64,000 bases of DNA, taken from contig OZ287749.1 of the NCBI GenBank assembly GCA_965649765.1, forward strand, positions 5,642,001-5,706,000, written 5' to 3'. A program made the position numbers and the translations under genes. Below are positions 15,001 to 26,399 of the stretch, piece after piece. The notes beneath the pieces were generated by a model. The model was not told the DNA's origin and made no database searches. It saw nothing but the letters and a program-made list of their open reading frames with translations. This DNA is from Bispira polyomma (taxonomy: Eukaryota). Position 1 is the first letter of the stretch. Each line of letters opens with the position of its first letter.

Positions 15001-18000
15001 AAAGTTACTATCTGCAATGCTGCAAGGCTGTGTGAAGAATCCTTTTCCACAACATTTATGGTAAGTTCCCTAAAATGATATTTTAATCAGTTCATGTGTG
15101 TTCCATTGAGGCTTAAATATCTGTAATATAACTTTCCACTTTTGTGGTGTGAGTGTGAAGGACAAGAGAAGGGAACATCAAGTCAATCAAAGGCACTCTT
15201 GGGTTTTTATTAGTTCTACACATCTACTTTAAAAATTAGTATACTACCACTAGTATATATACAAACTTTTGACAGAAAATAATATGTATCATCACAGCTT
15301 AAGTGGCTGACTAATGCACTTAGCTGTGCCTTATAAATTTATACAACATTATTGACATATTATTTTCACACTACTTCAGTTATACTTTAACTAAAGTAAA
15401 CTTGATTATACTCATATTCATACTTCAATCAAAAATTATTATATTTATTATAACTAAAACAACAATTTAACTATAAGGTGTGTGTTTCATAGAAAAAGCA
15501 TGTTTATAGCAAAACAGCATGCCTTAATTAATTAACCATGAAAACACTGCATTTTTTAATTAATTAATTTCTACCAGCAAGCAAGTCGAACTTTTATGCT
15601 TATGCAAACTAAGGTCACCTTAAAGCCATCCTTGGTTAAGGCTGGTAACATTAACATAAATTTAAATGCAAATTCACCATAAAAGGTCATAAACTAAACC
15701 ACAAATATATCTTTGGACCAAAGGTTGATAGTAGTCCCTCTACCAGTGGAGCATTTGCCATGGAGACAGGACACGCCGTAGATCTGAGTAGACAGAGAGA
15801 AAGCTGGATGACTTATAACAACGCACACACAGACGGACCTGTGGTTAACCTGGCCTTGGTAGGCTTCCAGGACCCTCATTCTGATGTACTGGAGTATAGT
15901 GTGATGATAGGAACAGGGGTTTACACTACAGACATTGGGGTTTGTGATAATAACTTACTACAGTAATAACACCGTGATTAGCTAAGATGTAATGTTACAA
16001 TTGGAACAGGGTTTCATATCATAAATATTGAGTATTAAAACAATATCACTCGTGAGAAATGAAACTGAACTTAAAAATAAATGCATCATATAATTATATC
16101 CATGATGATAACATATAATCTGAACATAACAATAGGTAACATTTTTTGAAAGACAAATATTTTATGTATGTAGCACATTTAAAAATTAAAATATCCATTA
16201 AATTAAAGTTGAAGTGTATTCCATACAGTATTTTAACTATGTAATCTAGAAAAATACTTTATTTAATATTCTTGTTGTGTTGTTCTACCAATTATTTATA
16301 GGACCATACCATTCTTCACCACTCTAATGATACACACAGGGATGAGGGACTGGTTGTAACAGAAACTCTCCCTATCTCCAGGACTTTGACCCCACATGAA
16401 GAAGTTTATATCAGTGTTCATGCCATCAATACAGTCAGTTATTATTGAATCATTACAATTATTATTGATTTACAATTATTACATCTTTAAAGGTGCAATA
16501 CACAGTTTTATTAGAAACTAACTTTGCATGACATTGATGTAAAGTCATTATCCATTTTGATGTACACACCGAGTACAATATAGACCGAGTTTTCTATCCT
16601 CGATGATGCTTTGATTTAGTGATGTACGCTCGTGTAGAGACAGAGTTCCTTACCATAGCAAATTGTTGTGAATGTGTAACGACAACAAAAACGTCAAAAA
16701 TAACAGCCTAAAATTACGAATCAGCTAGTAAAAAATATATGGAATTGAAGATAAATGGCTATATTTTGTATAACAACCTTTATTGAATGTCGATCATCAA
16801 TATTTGAATTTATACGAGATATATATAAGGTTTCTGTAAATTTATCCTCCATGTTTGGTAGCAAAAACCTGTTTACGCATGCGCATACCATCTTTTCTGG
16901 TGGGATTCCGTGGGGCTTTTCCAAAGGAAATAATTTGACAGCATAGAATATTTGAATTTTTTATTTAAAACATAAGATCCCCAATGATATATTTCTAATT
17001 ATTACAGCCAATTTTGATCATAAATCAAAATAATTCAGTGTACATTAGCGAAGGCATGAAGACTGCACATGTCCTTGACATTATATGACAGTCATGTGAT
17101 GGATTCTACAAAACTAAAATGGTGGACAAAATACCGGAAATAGACAAATTGATAATTATAAATATACCTCGTGACATTTTCTAAATAAAAATGGTGAACG
17201 GCTAATAACCTTAATTAAATTAAAAATTTCATGTATTTAAAACAAATTAAGTATGTGTGTATATATGCTGTTACTCATTTACAATGATTTGCTATAGATT
17301 TGCTATAAAAAATGTTTGATATTTTGTAAAAGTGTCCCGATTTGTGTCCCCGACCTCTAAAAACGGGAAGGTCGGCTTCGGCGAACAAGTTCGATCCTAT
17401 TGGCGATACGTTCTGTCTGATAGGTCTTAATATCACTCCCAGTTTGTCCTTAACGCTGGCCCGTCGAAACGTATTGGTCGGGGGGGCGAAAACGGGGTGG
17501 TCTGGAAGGGAAGAATATGACACATATTTTAAGCCTAGTTTGTCATTTTGTTAGTCCCAATAACGGAAATCGGTTTAAAAATTCTTTACTTTTGCGACAT
17601 CTAACCTACTTCTGGTACAGTTCATGTACGTGAACGATGAATTTATTTGCTGTTATTTACAACAAACTTTCATCAAAAATGAGGTCTAAACAGGTATTAT
17701 TTCTTTTATTTCAGTTAAAATAACCTCATTTTGTCTATATATAACAGTCCTGACTTTGACTTTTTATACGTTCCATCTTTATGGTCGGGGATATGAATCC
17801 ATCAGATCGTATTGCAGATAAGTTTGATCCCAGGGCGATACGTCAGATCCTATCACCAGTAAAGTAAGATCGGGGTCGCGGGCCCGCCAAAATGGGGCGC
17901 AATCAGTTACATCAGCAAGGTCGGGACACATTGTCATTTTCCCGCCCAAAAAGTGGATTTTATTGATTTTTTCGCCCGACCTTCTCGACTTTAAAATTGG

Positions 18001-21000
18001 GCCGATTTTGCCGATTTTGCCCATTTTGGATGTGGAACCCCCTTTACCCAGCGGCCGTGAAAATGGATATGTAAAGTGTAGTTTTTGCAAGATTTTGTAA
18101 GATTATATTGTTGATTTAGTACTCTTTGAGACAGAACAATTTATGAAATAGAGACATTTAACAATGTGATATAGTGTAAAATATGTTAAATGATTTTTAC
18201 TCCATTTTGAATACTATTTTTGAATTCTACTATCTCAGTACTTCATTTGTTTCTGACCTGCATTGTGACCTCATAATAGATAGAAGGTTTTTCAAACAAC
18301 AACTGTCAAAGAGCAACATTTTAATATCATATCATGCAAAAAAGAAAAAACATTAAGCTATAAACTGATAGAAACTGTTGCCTGTAAGTTACTATATTTC
18401 AGTGCTTTTGCAGGGTATTTGTTTTATATTTTGATGGATAATATCAAAATATATAAAAGCATTAGTCATATGCTCAAATCAAACCAAGCTAAATAATGTA
18501 CTCTTCTTGTTTAATATAAAGCACCACTGTGGCCTAGTGGTTAGAAGCCTTACCAATGTGGTTCAAATCCGACTTGTTTCTTCAAATTTGGTATTAAAGT
18601 ATGTCAACTACTTACCACAGGCTGGTCATTTACTTTGGCTCAGCACTGATTTCTTTCACCATTAAATCTGGCCATCACGATGTGACCTCAGCTGTTGGAA
18701 AGAAAGCAAACCCAATCAAATACAAATTATTACCTTATATAATTGTTTTAATAGATTGCTTGATGAAAGTTTGAATAAGAATATGTTAATAAATGTTTAT
18801 CTGCAAAATAAATATTCAAAACAATAGTGAACAGAAATTTTTCTTTCAAAACAGGAACATACTACCAGCTGTTCAATATAACATTTGATATTGCACCCCT
18901 TAACTGTTAATATCTGGTTTTATTGAGGGTAAGATGGACGACTTTAAACCAGTGAGGTGGTAGAATGAATATCAATCATATAAAATATAGTATATTTGCT
19001 ACATTTTTGATGGTGTGCAAATATATATTTTATAATAATTAAAAAACATGAAGTATGAAAATGTATTATCGTATATTTTCAGTATTTGTTTCCATTATAT
19101 ATATATGCAGTACATAAAAAGACATTCTTCACAATACCATTTTAGGCTGGCCTGCAAAGTACAACTCTCCATGGTTTATTCACTGCCGTCCCTTCAGGGG
19201 GAGCCACTGGTATCCTAAGACTAGAGCGCCGATGTCCTGTCCTGTCTTGTGTTGGACACTGTATGTGTGCACCTCATGGATTTCATGGTTGTGATGTCTC
19301 AGGAACTAATTGTACAGATAAAACTGGTAAACTACAACTAATCAATATACACCATATGAGTTATACTGGCTAGTCATTCTTTTGACATTATTTTAAACAC
19401 ATAAATATATTTAAAATCGATTTCTTTTGAAGAAATTTAAAATGACAATCTCCAAATATTGTCTATTGAAATTGCCTTTAGTGTATGTTGTACTGTTGTA
19501 AAATAATAACCACTCATTATGACTATATGATATAATTATTATGTTTTACTTTACTTCTTTGATATATAATGACTCAAAGTCATAGATCAAAGTGAAATTT
19601 AATGTGTCATTAGATATTCAAATATTTTTTACTTTACAAGTATGTACAGTTGAAAGTATTTCATTCATCTCATTAGGGGATGACGGCTATGCTGACATCA
19701 CAGTATACGATACCATTCCAACCATGGAATCAGCTGGTCTATCTGATGTAGATTATATACCAACTTTGCACATTATGAATGCCAAATGGATGATCGGTAG
19801 TAACACCATTTCATGTTTTTTACAAATTGTACCAACTGTTCTCAAACCACTATTTAAACTGATTTTGAATGATCTGCATATTATTGGCAAATAAATTATG
19901 AGCGATGTCCATATTGTGAATTGCCTGTCTATATAAACATAATAAAATTAACGGTTTTAATGTTCATATATTTTATGTAACATTCAAGTAAAATTCCAAA
20001 CAATAGAAACTTGTGTATTTTTTAAAACACACTTGTGTGTTTACATACACTTTCAAAGTCTATGAATCAATCAAGAACATGGCTAGAATATTTAATGATT
20101 GAATATACAAATTAAATTTGATTGATTGAAAATACAAATCCAGGAAATAAAGGTATACAACCACAGTGGTATGACTGGTCAGTTGGACTTATAGATCAGG
20201 CTCCAGGAATTGGAGTGTTGAATGTCAATGCACAACAAGTGTGGTATGAGGCAGGCTCTGACACAAAGGCTGTCTTTTCAATGGCTAACTCAAAGTTAAC
20301 AGGTAAGTAATAGCAGTGGAAAATAATTCAGAAAATAATTAATCATGAAAGTTTTTTATTTTTCTAAGAACTCTTGTGCAACAATTTCATATGAATACTT
20401 TCAAAAGCAACTAGAACACATATTATAAGGAATTCGGTTGGTTGGTGTATAATATTTTTGAATAAATTAATTTTTATTAAATGTGTGTCTGCAAAATAAA
20501 CATTCAAAAGAATAGCCAACATAATTTTTCCCTCAAAACAGGAACATACTAACAGCTGTTCAATAACAGATTTAATATTGCACCCCTTACCTATTAATAT
20601 CTATTAACGTGGATGACTTTAAACCAGTGAAATATGCATGTAAAATATTTAGGATTATGTCAATTATAATATATCACACAAACAACAATTTGATATAGCA
20701 TTGTTCATCCAATGTTGTACAATGCTTAGGATCTGATATAAATTATCGTTCCAGATGTCCTGAGTCCCCATGTGACCTATGTGTTTTACGTCAAGGCCTG
20801 GTATGATGCTAATAACTATGCAATCTTCCAGTCAGATGGTGTACAAGTAGACAGTACTGCACCAGAACCCTCAGACTCTAACTCTGTTTTAGAAGTCACA
20901 GACTCTACATCTTCTGCTGATGTAGACTTTACCACTTCGGAAACCGAGATAACTGTTAAATGGGAGAATGTGTTCAGGGATGGTCAGTCTGGATTAGAAT

Positions 21001-24000
21001 ATTTTAAAATAGAGGTGTATTCAAATAAAATGCTGTCTGTCATTGCAAGTGGGCATGTCAATGGAGATGTTAATAAATTAACCTTAGTTGGTCTTACCCT
21101 TATCCAAGGGGAACATTACCATTCTGTTGTGACTGGATGTAACAAAGCGAATTTGTGTACAGAGGCAATGTCTGATGGATTTATGGTGAGAATAACTTGA
21201 TCTATTAGGTATATTCATTATTATACCAGACCTCTAAAAAGCTTACTCTATCAAAAATGTTTTGAACAAAAATATTAGTTTGTTAGCAAGCAGTATTTAA
21301 ATTGAATATTTTATTATTGATTTTCCAAACGTTCACTATTTTTACTTAGTTTACCGTTATTGTATAACATTAAAAGATAATGTGACAATATTATGCATAG
21401 AGGTAATAATAGGTATGTAATTTGTCCTTGTATTGTACATGTTGTAGCATGACAATACTCCACCTCATATTGGTTCCGCATTTGATGGTCGAGCTTTACA
21501 CAACATCAAATATTCTTATGACAGTCATGAAGTATATGCCTCTTGGTATGGATTTTACGATGATGAGTCTGGTATTGATCACTATATTTGGTGTGTTACT
21601 GTTCACAATAGCAATGTAAGCTGTATGGATGCTGGTCTTCATCAAGAACAGAAAATGACCCTACCAGAAGATATTAAAAATGGTAAGCATTGTAAATATA
21701 AGTGTTTAAAAATATTTATTGTACAGACATTGCCTATTATTTAGCTGTAGGATTATTTAACAAGCCTAAAAGCTTAGTTTTCATGCAAGACTTACCTGGT
21801 TTTATATTCAGGTGAAATGATATCATCCATAGTCTATGCTGTAAATGGAGCTAATTTATCATCCACAACAATAAAGTCAGATGGATACATCTTAGATCAA
21901 TCACCACCAACTGTCAGACACTACTTTAGGTTTGAGAACAACATAGTTATGAATGGAAATTTTTCAAGTGGTACAAAATTTTGGTCTATTTTTGCTCAGC
22001 ATATAAATGAATCTGGCAACAAAATATGTATTTTAAATGGCATCATCAAACAATTGATACCAACAGTGGAAAACCAAAAGTATAGATTAAAGTTTGATGC
22101 AGTGAATAGATTTGAATTAGCTAAATCCTTTGGGTACATCCAGTTTGGACAAAAGGACCGTCACATTGTTTCAGCAGCAGATGTGACTGATGACATGCAC
22201 CTGCACCAGAAAACGTATTATGTCATGGCCCACGATGTAGATTCAGTACTAGAATTCGGAACTATGACAGATATGGTGTTATGTATTGGAAATGTCAGAT
22301 TAGAACCAATGAAGGAAGGATTACGAGAAAGTGAGAGTGGTCTTCATCCTGACAATTATTTCAGCAGTTCAGTGCACATCCATGTCAGAGCTTCCTCAAT
22401 GGAAACCAGTGTTGTACTGAACTGGGACTTTGAAGATCTAGAATCACCACTAGTAGAGTATATGTTTGCAGTTGGCACAGTTCAAGGTTTGTCTAAAATA
22501 TGTATATGATTATAGAAAACCTTGATGCTTGTGTTCTGTTTCTTTATTATCTTAGTAATTGAGGAAGCTGTTTTATTGATTTCTTTGCACCTGCTATATG
22601 CAGAACAGAAGTACATTAAATTAGAAAACCAATTCACTTTTTAGGTGGGATTCAGATCCAAGATTTTAAATCGACTGGCAGACACACAACTGCTGCTTTG
22701 TCAGGACTAAAGCTACAACACACCACAGTACTACATGTGACAGTGGTGGCTACTAATGCTGCTGGGCTTTCCAAAGTTGTTCATTCTGACCCTTTTACTG
22801 TTGACCTGACTCCTCCTGTTATTGAACGATTTGAGGTACCTACTTCAAATTAGTAAAACTTAATAATAGAATAATTTATCACAAGGAATACATTAATTAA
22901 TTGTATATTGTTATTAACACATTAACTTTGGGCTCATTAACAGTTAACATGACTTTTTATACTCTTTTCATAATATAATTGCAGACTACAGTACCTTTGT
23001 TGCAGGTGGTTTAATCAATGCATAAAATCACCTCAGGAACTGAATTTTTTTATAAAATGCATAAGTTTTACATTCCATTGATGAAAGGTGCAGTTTTTTA
23101 TCCTTTATGTGTAAATTTATCAGTAATAACAAAAAATTTCTTCTGAAGGTTAATGGGGCTAATCCAATTCTGTCCACAGAACATCTAAGCATCAATTGGA
23201 AAGCTACCGATCCAGAAAGTGGTGTGCAGAGCTGTGAATTTTCAATAGGTTGAGTTTTATACTTATTGGTTAAAGTATGCTTGTTAAAAAAGAATGAACT
23301 AAAAAATTTAAATAAATATGTTAGAAGGAACTTGCAGCATTTAAATTTTTTCTTAATTTTTATATTAAACATACTTACAACTACAAAAAACTAGATATTC
23401 TCTTAAGTAAAAAACAGAATAGCAATAAGTCAGATGTGAAATATATATAGTATGGTAATAATTTCAGATATTTACTTGAAGTACATTGAATCTAGATTAT
23501 AGTGTGTTACTGACATTGATTTCACTCAAAATGTATTGCTGGTTAATAATTTCAGTTGGTATATGATGTAAATATACAGTCTTAACTATTGTAGTGAGCC
23601 ATGTTTCTGATGTACATGGTTTCTCCACATTTACCTGGGATGCCAGTGGTACTGAAACAGTGTCATTATCAAACCTTGACAATGGAGATGAAGTCTCGTT
23701 CAAACTTATTTGTAAATCATTCAGAGACCTTTACACTGAAGATGTCATAGGTCCAATAATATACACCACAGAGGCCCCTAATACCGACAGTGCAAACATC
23801 TACATCATTCCATATTCAGAGACTATCCATCAAACCAGAGGATATTACCTTTCTTCAGTCAATGAAATATGGTTCAGATGGAATGCCATAGTAGATCCTA
23901 TTGGTGTAAAATATTGCAAGGTAATGTGTTAGTCTAATAAAAAATACTGTTATGTATTATAAGAACAGGAAGTATGCGGTGAACAAATATTTTTATTAAT

Positions 24001-25962
24001 TCACTAGATTATAACTAAAAGTCAATTCAGTGGATGTATACTTACTGTTTTGCATAATGTTTAACTTTTTACTTGAGGTAAACATAATAGATCAGTTAAG
24101 ACACAGGTACGAAACTGTTTAAAATATACTGTCAAGAACTTTTAACTGCAGTAAACTGCTATTGAAATATGTTGGTGTTGCACGATTATATTTGCATTAA
24201 ATAAGACTTTTGTGTTTATAAAATTGAATATTGAGCTGATAGATGTTTGGTCAATAACGTTTCAATATTGTCTATGAATATGCACAGACGAAATTAAATT
24301 TTACTAGATATGTTGTTTACCGCTATTCTTGTCAGTGGTGTATGGTAAACCCTTTGAGTACTTGAAGTCTGAGTATCACTGTATAAATGTCCAAGCACAC
24401 TTTGGTATAGCTATTTAAAACCTAGTATTAAAATTGCAGAAATCCCCCTCTACTAGCATGACAATTATCTGTCTATTTTTATATAAGACTATACATGCAT
24501 TCTTTCAGCAAAAATATTAATATCTGTTTTAATTATCCATTATCTTGCATTCTGCTTTTAGGTGTCAGTTTTTGATGGAAATAACAACATTTTAAGAGCA
24601 CTATCCCTGGGTGTTAACCAACACAGAACTGTAGTGTTACAAAATGGTTCTGCAATCTTTGAAGAAAACATTCCGTATAACCTCAGTCTGACATGTTTTA
24701 ACAAGGCTGGCTATGGGAGTAAGCCAATCACTACAGAGTTTTGTATTGACCAGAAACAACCTACATACACTGGTAGGTTTGTGGAATATTTAACTATGGA
24801 CTAGGTGCCTTAATGTTGAACAGGGTTAGCAGTACATGTGTGATCTTTGTTTTTGTGGACAGATTTACACAATAATTTAATTGTATCAGCCCAAGCAATG
24901 TATTGAAGACCAGACCAGATCCTTAACTACACTAGATATTGCAGTTGAGTTTAAATCCTGTCCATGACATGCACATGTGTAAGTCTCAAGTGAACGTCAA
25001 GGCTATTGGTTTACAGTATAGAAATCTTGATGAACTAACCTTCTGCTGTTTAGTCCAGTAGTAAACTACCCATTGTGATACAATATACAGGCATTCGAAG
25101 TGATGTTCAACCCTAAAGAAACCTATATAATGTGTCATTTTGATACAGTGTGTATTGACGATTAATTGTGGGATCTTTCTCTCTATCTTTGTGTTAATCC
25201 CACAGGAGAACCACTTAATGTATTTTGGACCAGTGAAACGGATGCTCATCTTAACTGGAGTGGACTTTTCTCAGCAACATCACAGCTCATTTATGAAATA
25301 CAATTGGGTAAACCTACATGAGTTTTCATATTTTTTTACATCGCTATGAAAATATTGTTAGTACACCTGTTAGATAACCTTATATATTGAAAAAACAATA
25401 TTTTTATTTTTATACAACGCTAAATCTCGTTCACTCCTAAATTCACCACTTTATGGTTAATTCTGTTTATGTGCATGTGAGTAATATGTGCATTCCAAAT
25501 GTGAGTTATGGGACTGTATAACTTCTATTTTCAAATTTATAGCCCTTAAAATGAAAGTTTTTAAGTTTTCTTTTGTCTATCCTTGCAGTAAAACTTCAGT
25601 AATATGTTATATTAACAAAACAAGAGTCAAAACAAGAGTTTACCAAATCATTCAGATATAACTTTGAAATGCAAGATTCCAAATTGAGGCACATATTTGT
25701 TTTTGCTCTGTGGTACAACTTGTGCTCCGAGTTACTGTGTAACAATTTAATTGTGAATTGTATCCATTTGCACACAATATTCGTTGGTGTGTTTATCACA
25801 GGCACAACTCCCAGAGGCCATGATGTTTTATCGTGGCTAGAGACCAAGTCACATGACTTAGACGTCACCAATATCGACAACACTGTGACTCATTACTTGA
25901 GTATTTCAGCCATTGGCCAAAATGGACTGTATACAACACACAGTTTTATCGTGAACTATTGA
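36..25962 (+). CDS. Gene A: giant multi-exon fibronectin type III-like repeat protein (3' part, 41 exons in window, ~2,650 aa), with a CBM/galactose-binding-like domain and no C-terminal TM, so probably secreted
   Basis: Exons with AG/GT boundaries and continuous phase: 36-153, 349-540, 648-860, 1210-1481, 1893-2022, 2366-2581, 2786-2954, 3348-3622, 3923-4126, 5266-5404, 5558-5735, 5985-6126, 6454-6720, 6852-7042, 7536-7770, 8290-8502, 8779-8884, 9692-9808, 10279-10449, 10668-10813, 11456-11581, 11957-12095, 12219-12405, 12609-12817, 14050-14162, 14604-14723, 14932-15060, 15724-15939, 16302-16433, 19146-19326, 19677-19796, 20144-20302, 20755-21185, 21448-21682, 21812-22486, 22645-22835, 23149-23248, 23580-23920, 24562-24772, 25206-25307, 25802-25962 (TGA). 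Recurrent motif: SDGVTIDxTPP..G.V.D....DYQ...W.GF.D.ESGI..Y....GT..G..D...L.L..G..YY..V.A.N.AGL. No start codon or signal peptide in the window. Confidence 0.9.
3140..3260 (-). mobile_element. Short 3' fragment of L2/CR1-like LINE (family B)
   Basis: Near-identical to 49196-49312 (atatatcagacttttttagcgcttatttt.gttgtaacgaattctaaggcgc...ggtgatagacagaag). That longer copy continues into an L2-type ORF2 C-terminus. Confidence 0.7.
4174..4503 (+). mobile_element. tRNA-derived SINE
   Basis: A box tggcctaggggtta (~4176), B box ggttcgattctc (~4227), central gtaccagggtataaataggaacctgg motif, LINE-like tail tgtaaagtcgcc...ctatgaaacc; intronic. Confidence 0.6.
4960..5092 (-). mobile_element. Degenerate tRNA-derived SINE fragment
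   Basis: Reverse strand reads tagcttcaggtagcacac...gggttcgaaactc (A/B-box-like). Confidence 0.35.
9193..9660 (-). mobile_element. 3' fragment of L2/CR1-like LINE (family A), intronic
   Basis: ORF 9287-9499 gives RAFSIAAPLLWNSLP..LR....FRKKLKTYLF, a typical L2 ORF2 end. It has a (TAA)n tail and the same 3' UTR as the copies at 27225-28432 and 45459-47103. Confidence 0.85.
10048..10243. repeat. Near-perfect 99-bp tandem duplication (2 copies), intronic
   Basis: agtcttgtaaactgttttgtag...gctatgtgg starts at both 10048 and 10147. Confidence 0.9.
10900..11110 (+). mobile_element. Probable SINE remnant (Deu/Nin-like core with LINE-like tail)
   Basis: gatgatcacatttaaaatggcggtcccctgtc...gtggcagaataaagatc resembles Deu/Nin cores; tail gtaagcgcatttga...gtgctatgacaaatgtc. 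Recognised by memory only. Confidence 0.35.
12985..13525. mobile_element. Probable non-autonomous DNA element/MITE insertion in intron 24
   Basis: Absent from the paralogous intron. Short IRs ttctaaaatgata (~13078) / taccattttagaa (~13511). Segment 13317-13385 resembles 31897-31946 and the reverse complement of 32092-32150. Confidence 0.4.
16550..18090. mobile_element. Composite insertion(s) in intron 29, including a GC/CpG-rich segment with internal inverted repeats (probable non-autonomous DNA transposon)
   Basis: Absent from the paralogous intron (homology breaks at ~16533). IRs gtgtcccga (17332) / tcgggacac (17921); repeated gatcc..ggcgatacgt motifs; ttttgccga repeats near 18000. Confidence 0.45.
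18520..18727 (+). mobile_element. tRNA-derived SINE (V-domain-like, mollusc-type tail)
   Basis: A box tggcctagtgg (18530), B box ggttcaaatcc (~18559), then ttctttcaccattaaatctggccatcacgatgtgacc...aaacccaatcaaat. Confidence 0.6.
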
Positions 25963-26011
25963 CATAAATATTTTCCAGAGAACCAAATTTGTGCTTAACA
26001 AATTATGCTCA

Positions 26012-26017
26012 AATAAA
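26012..26017 (+). terminator. Candidate polyadenylation signal of gene A
   Basis: AATAAA 50 nt after the TGA; the AT-rich background makes this weak. Confidence 0.3.
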
Positions 26018-26399
26018 TGGTTATTATTAGCTTTCCATGGATATATTCTTGTGTTTAAAAAAATATAAAAATATAATATAAACTATCCTATTCTTAAATT
26101 CATATTCTTAAATTAGTGTGCGTTAGCGATGATTTTTCACTTGCTTTAGTTATAAAAAAATACCTGATGGGTGGCAATTTGAAACAAACATTAGTATAAT
26201 ATGTGAGATATATCTGTAAGATTTCATGTTTGTATGTAATGATGATATCTAGATAGTTAATGTTGTCCACGGCTGCAGAGGTGACTCTAGTTCTGCATAA
26301 ATAACCCTCAGAACTATTCATTCGAAATCCATGAGAATGGTTCAAGGGGGATAATTTAATTTGATAAAATGTCTTTTCACTTTGTCATCAGTCTTGCAA

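Larger units (their letters stand above)
12535..26343 (+). repeat. Left arm of large inverted segmental duplication (partner 36753-50425)
   Basis: Exons 24-41, many introns and ~380 bp of 3' flank are reverse-complement homologous to 50425-36753. Homology ends at gagaatggttc (26343 / 36753). Confidence 0.9.

Noticed and set aside
17275-18090. ORFs 17275-17523, 17342-17554 and 17779-18090
   Set aside because: No recognisable motifs; explained by locally higher GC within a probable non-autonomous element.
4174-18727. tRNA genes at the A/B-box motifs (4176, 18530)
   Set aside because: No cloverleaf is evident and they are followed by SINE body and tail sequences.
19641-19676. Longer 5' extension of exon 31 (VCTVESISFISL)
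   Set aside because: The paralog has TAA and TGA in this stretch while both copies keep cattag|, so the acceptor at 19675-19676 is preferred.
24986-25349. ORFs 24986-25249 (-) and 25140-25349 (+), 'conserved' with 37852-38193 and 37668-37961
   Set aside because: The conservation reflects nucleotide near-identity of the palindrome arms. The true exon 25206-25307 is in another frame (GEPLNVFWTSETDAHLNWSGLF...).
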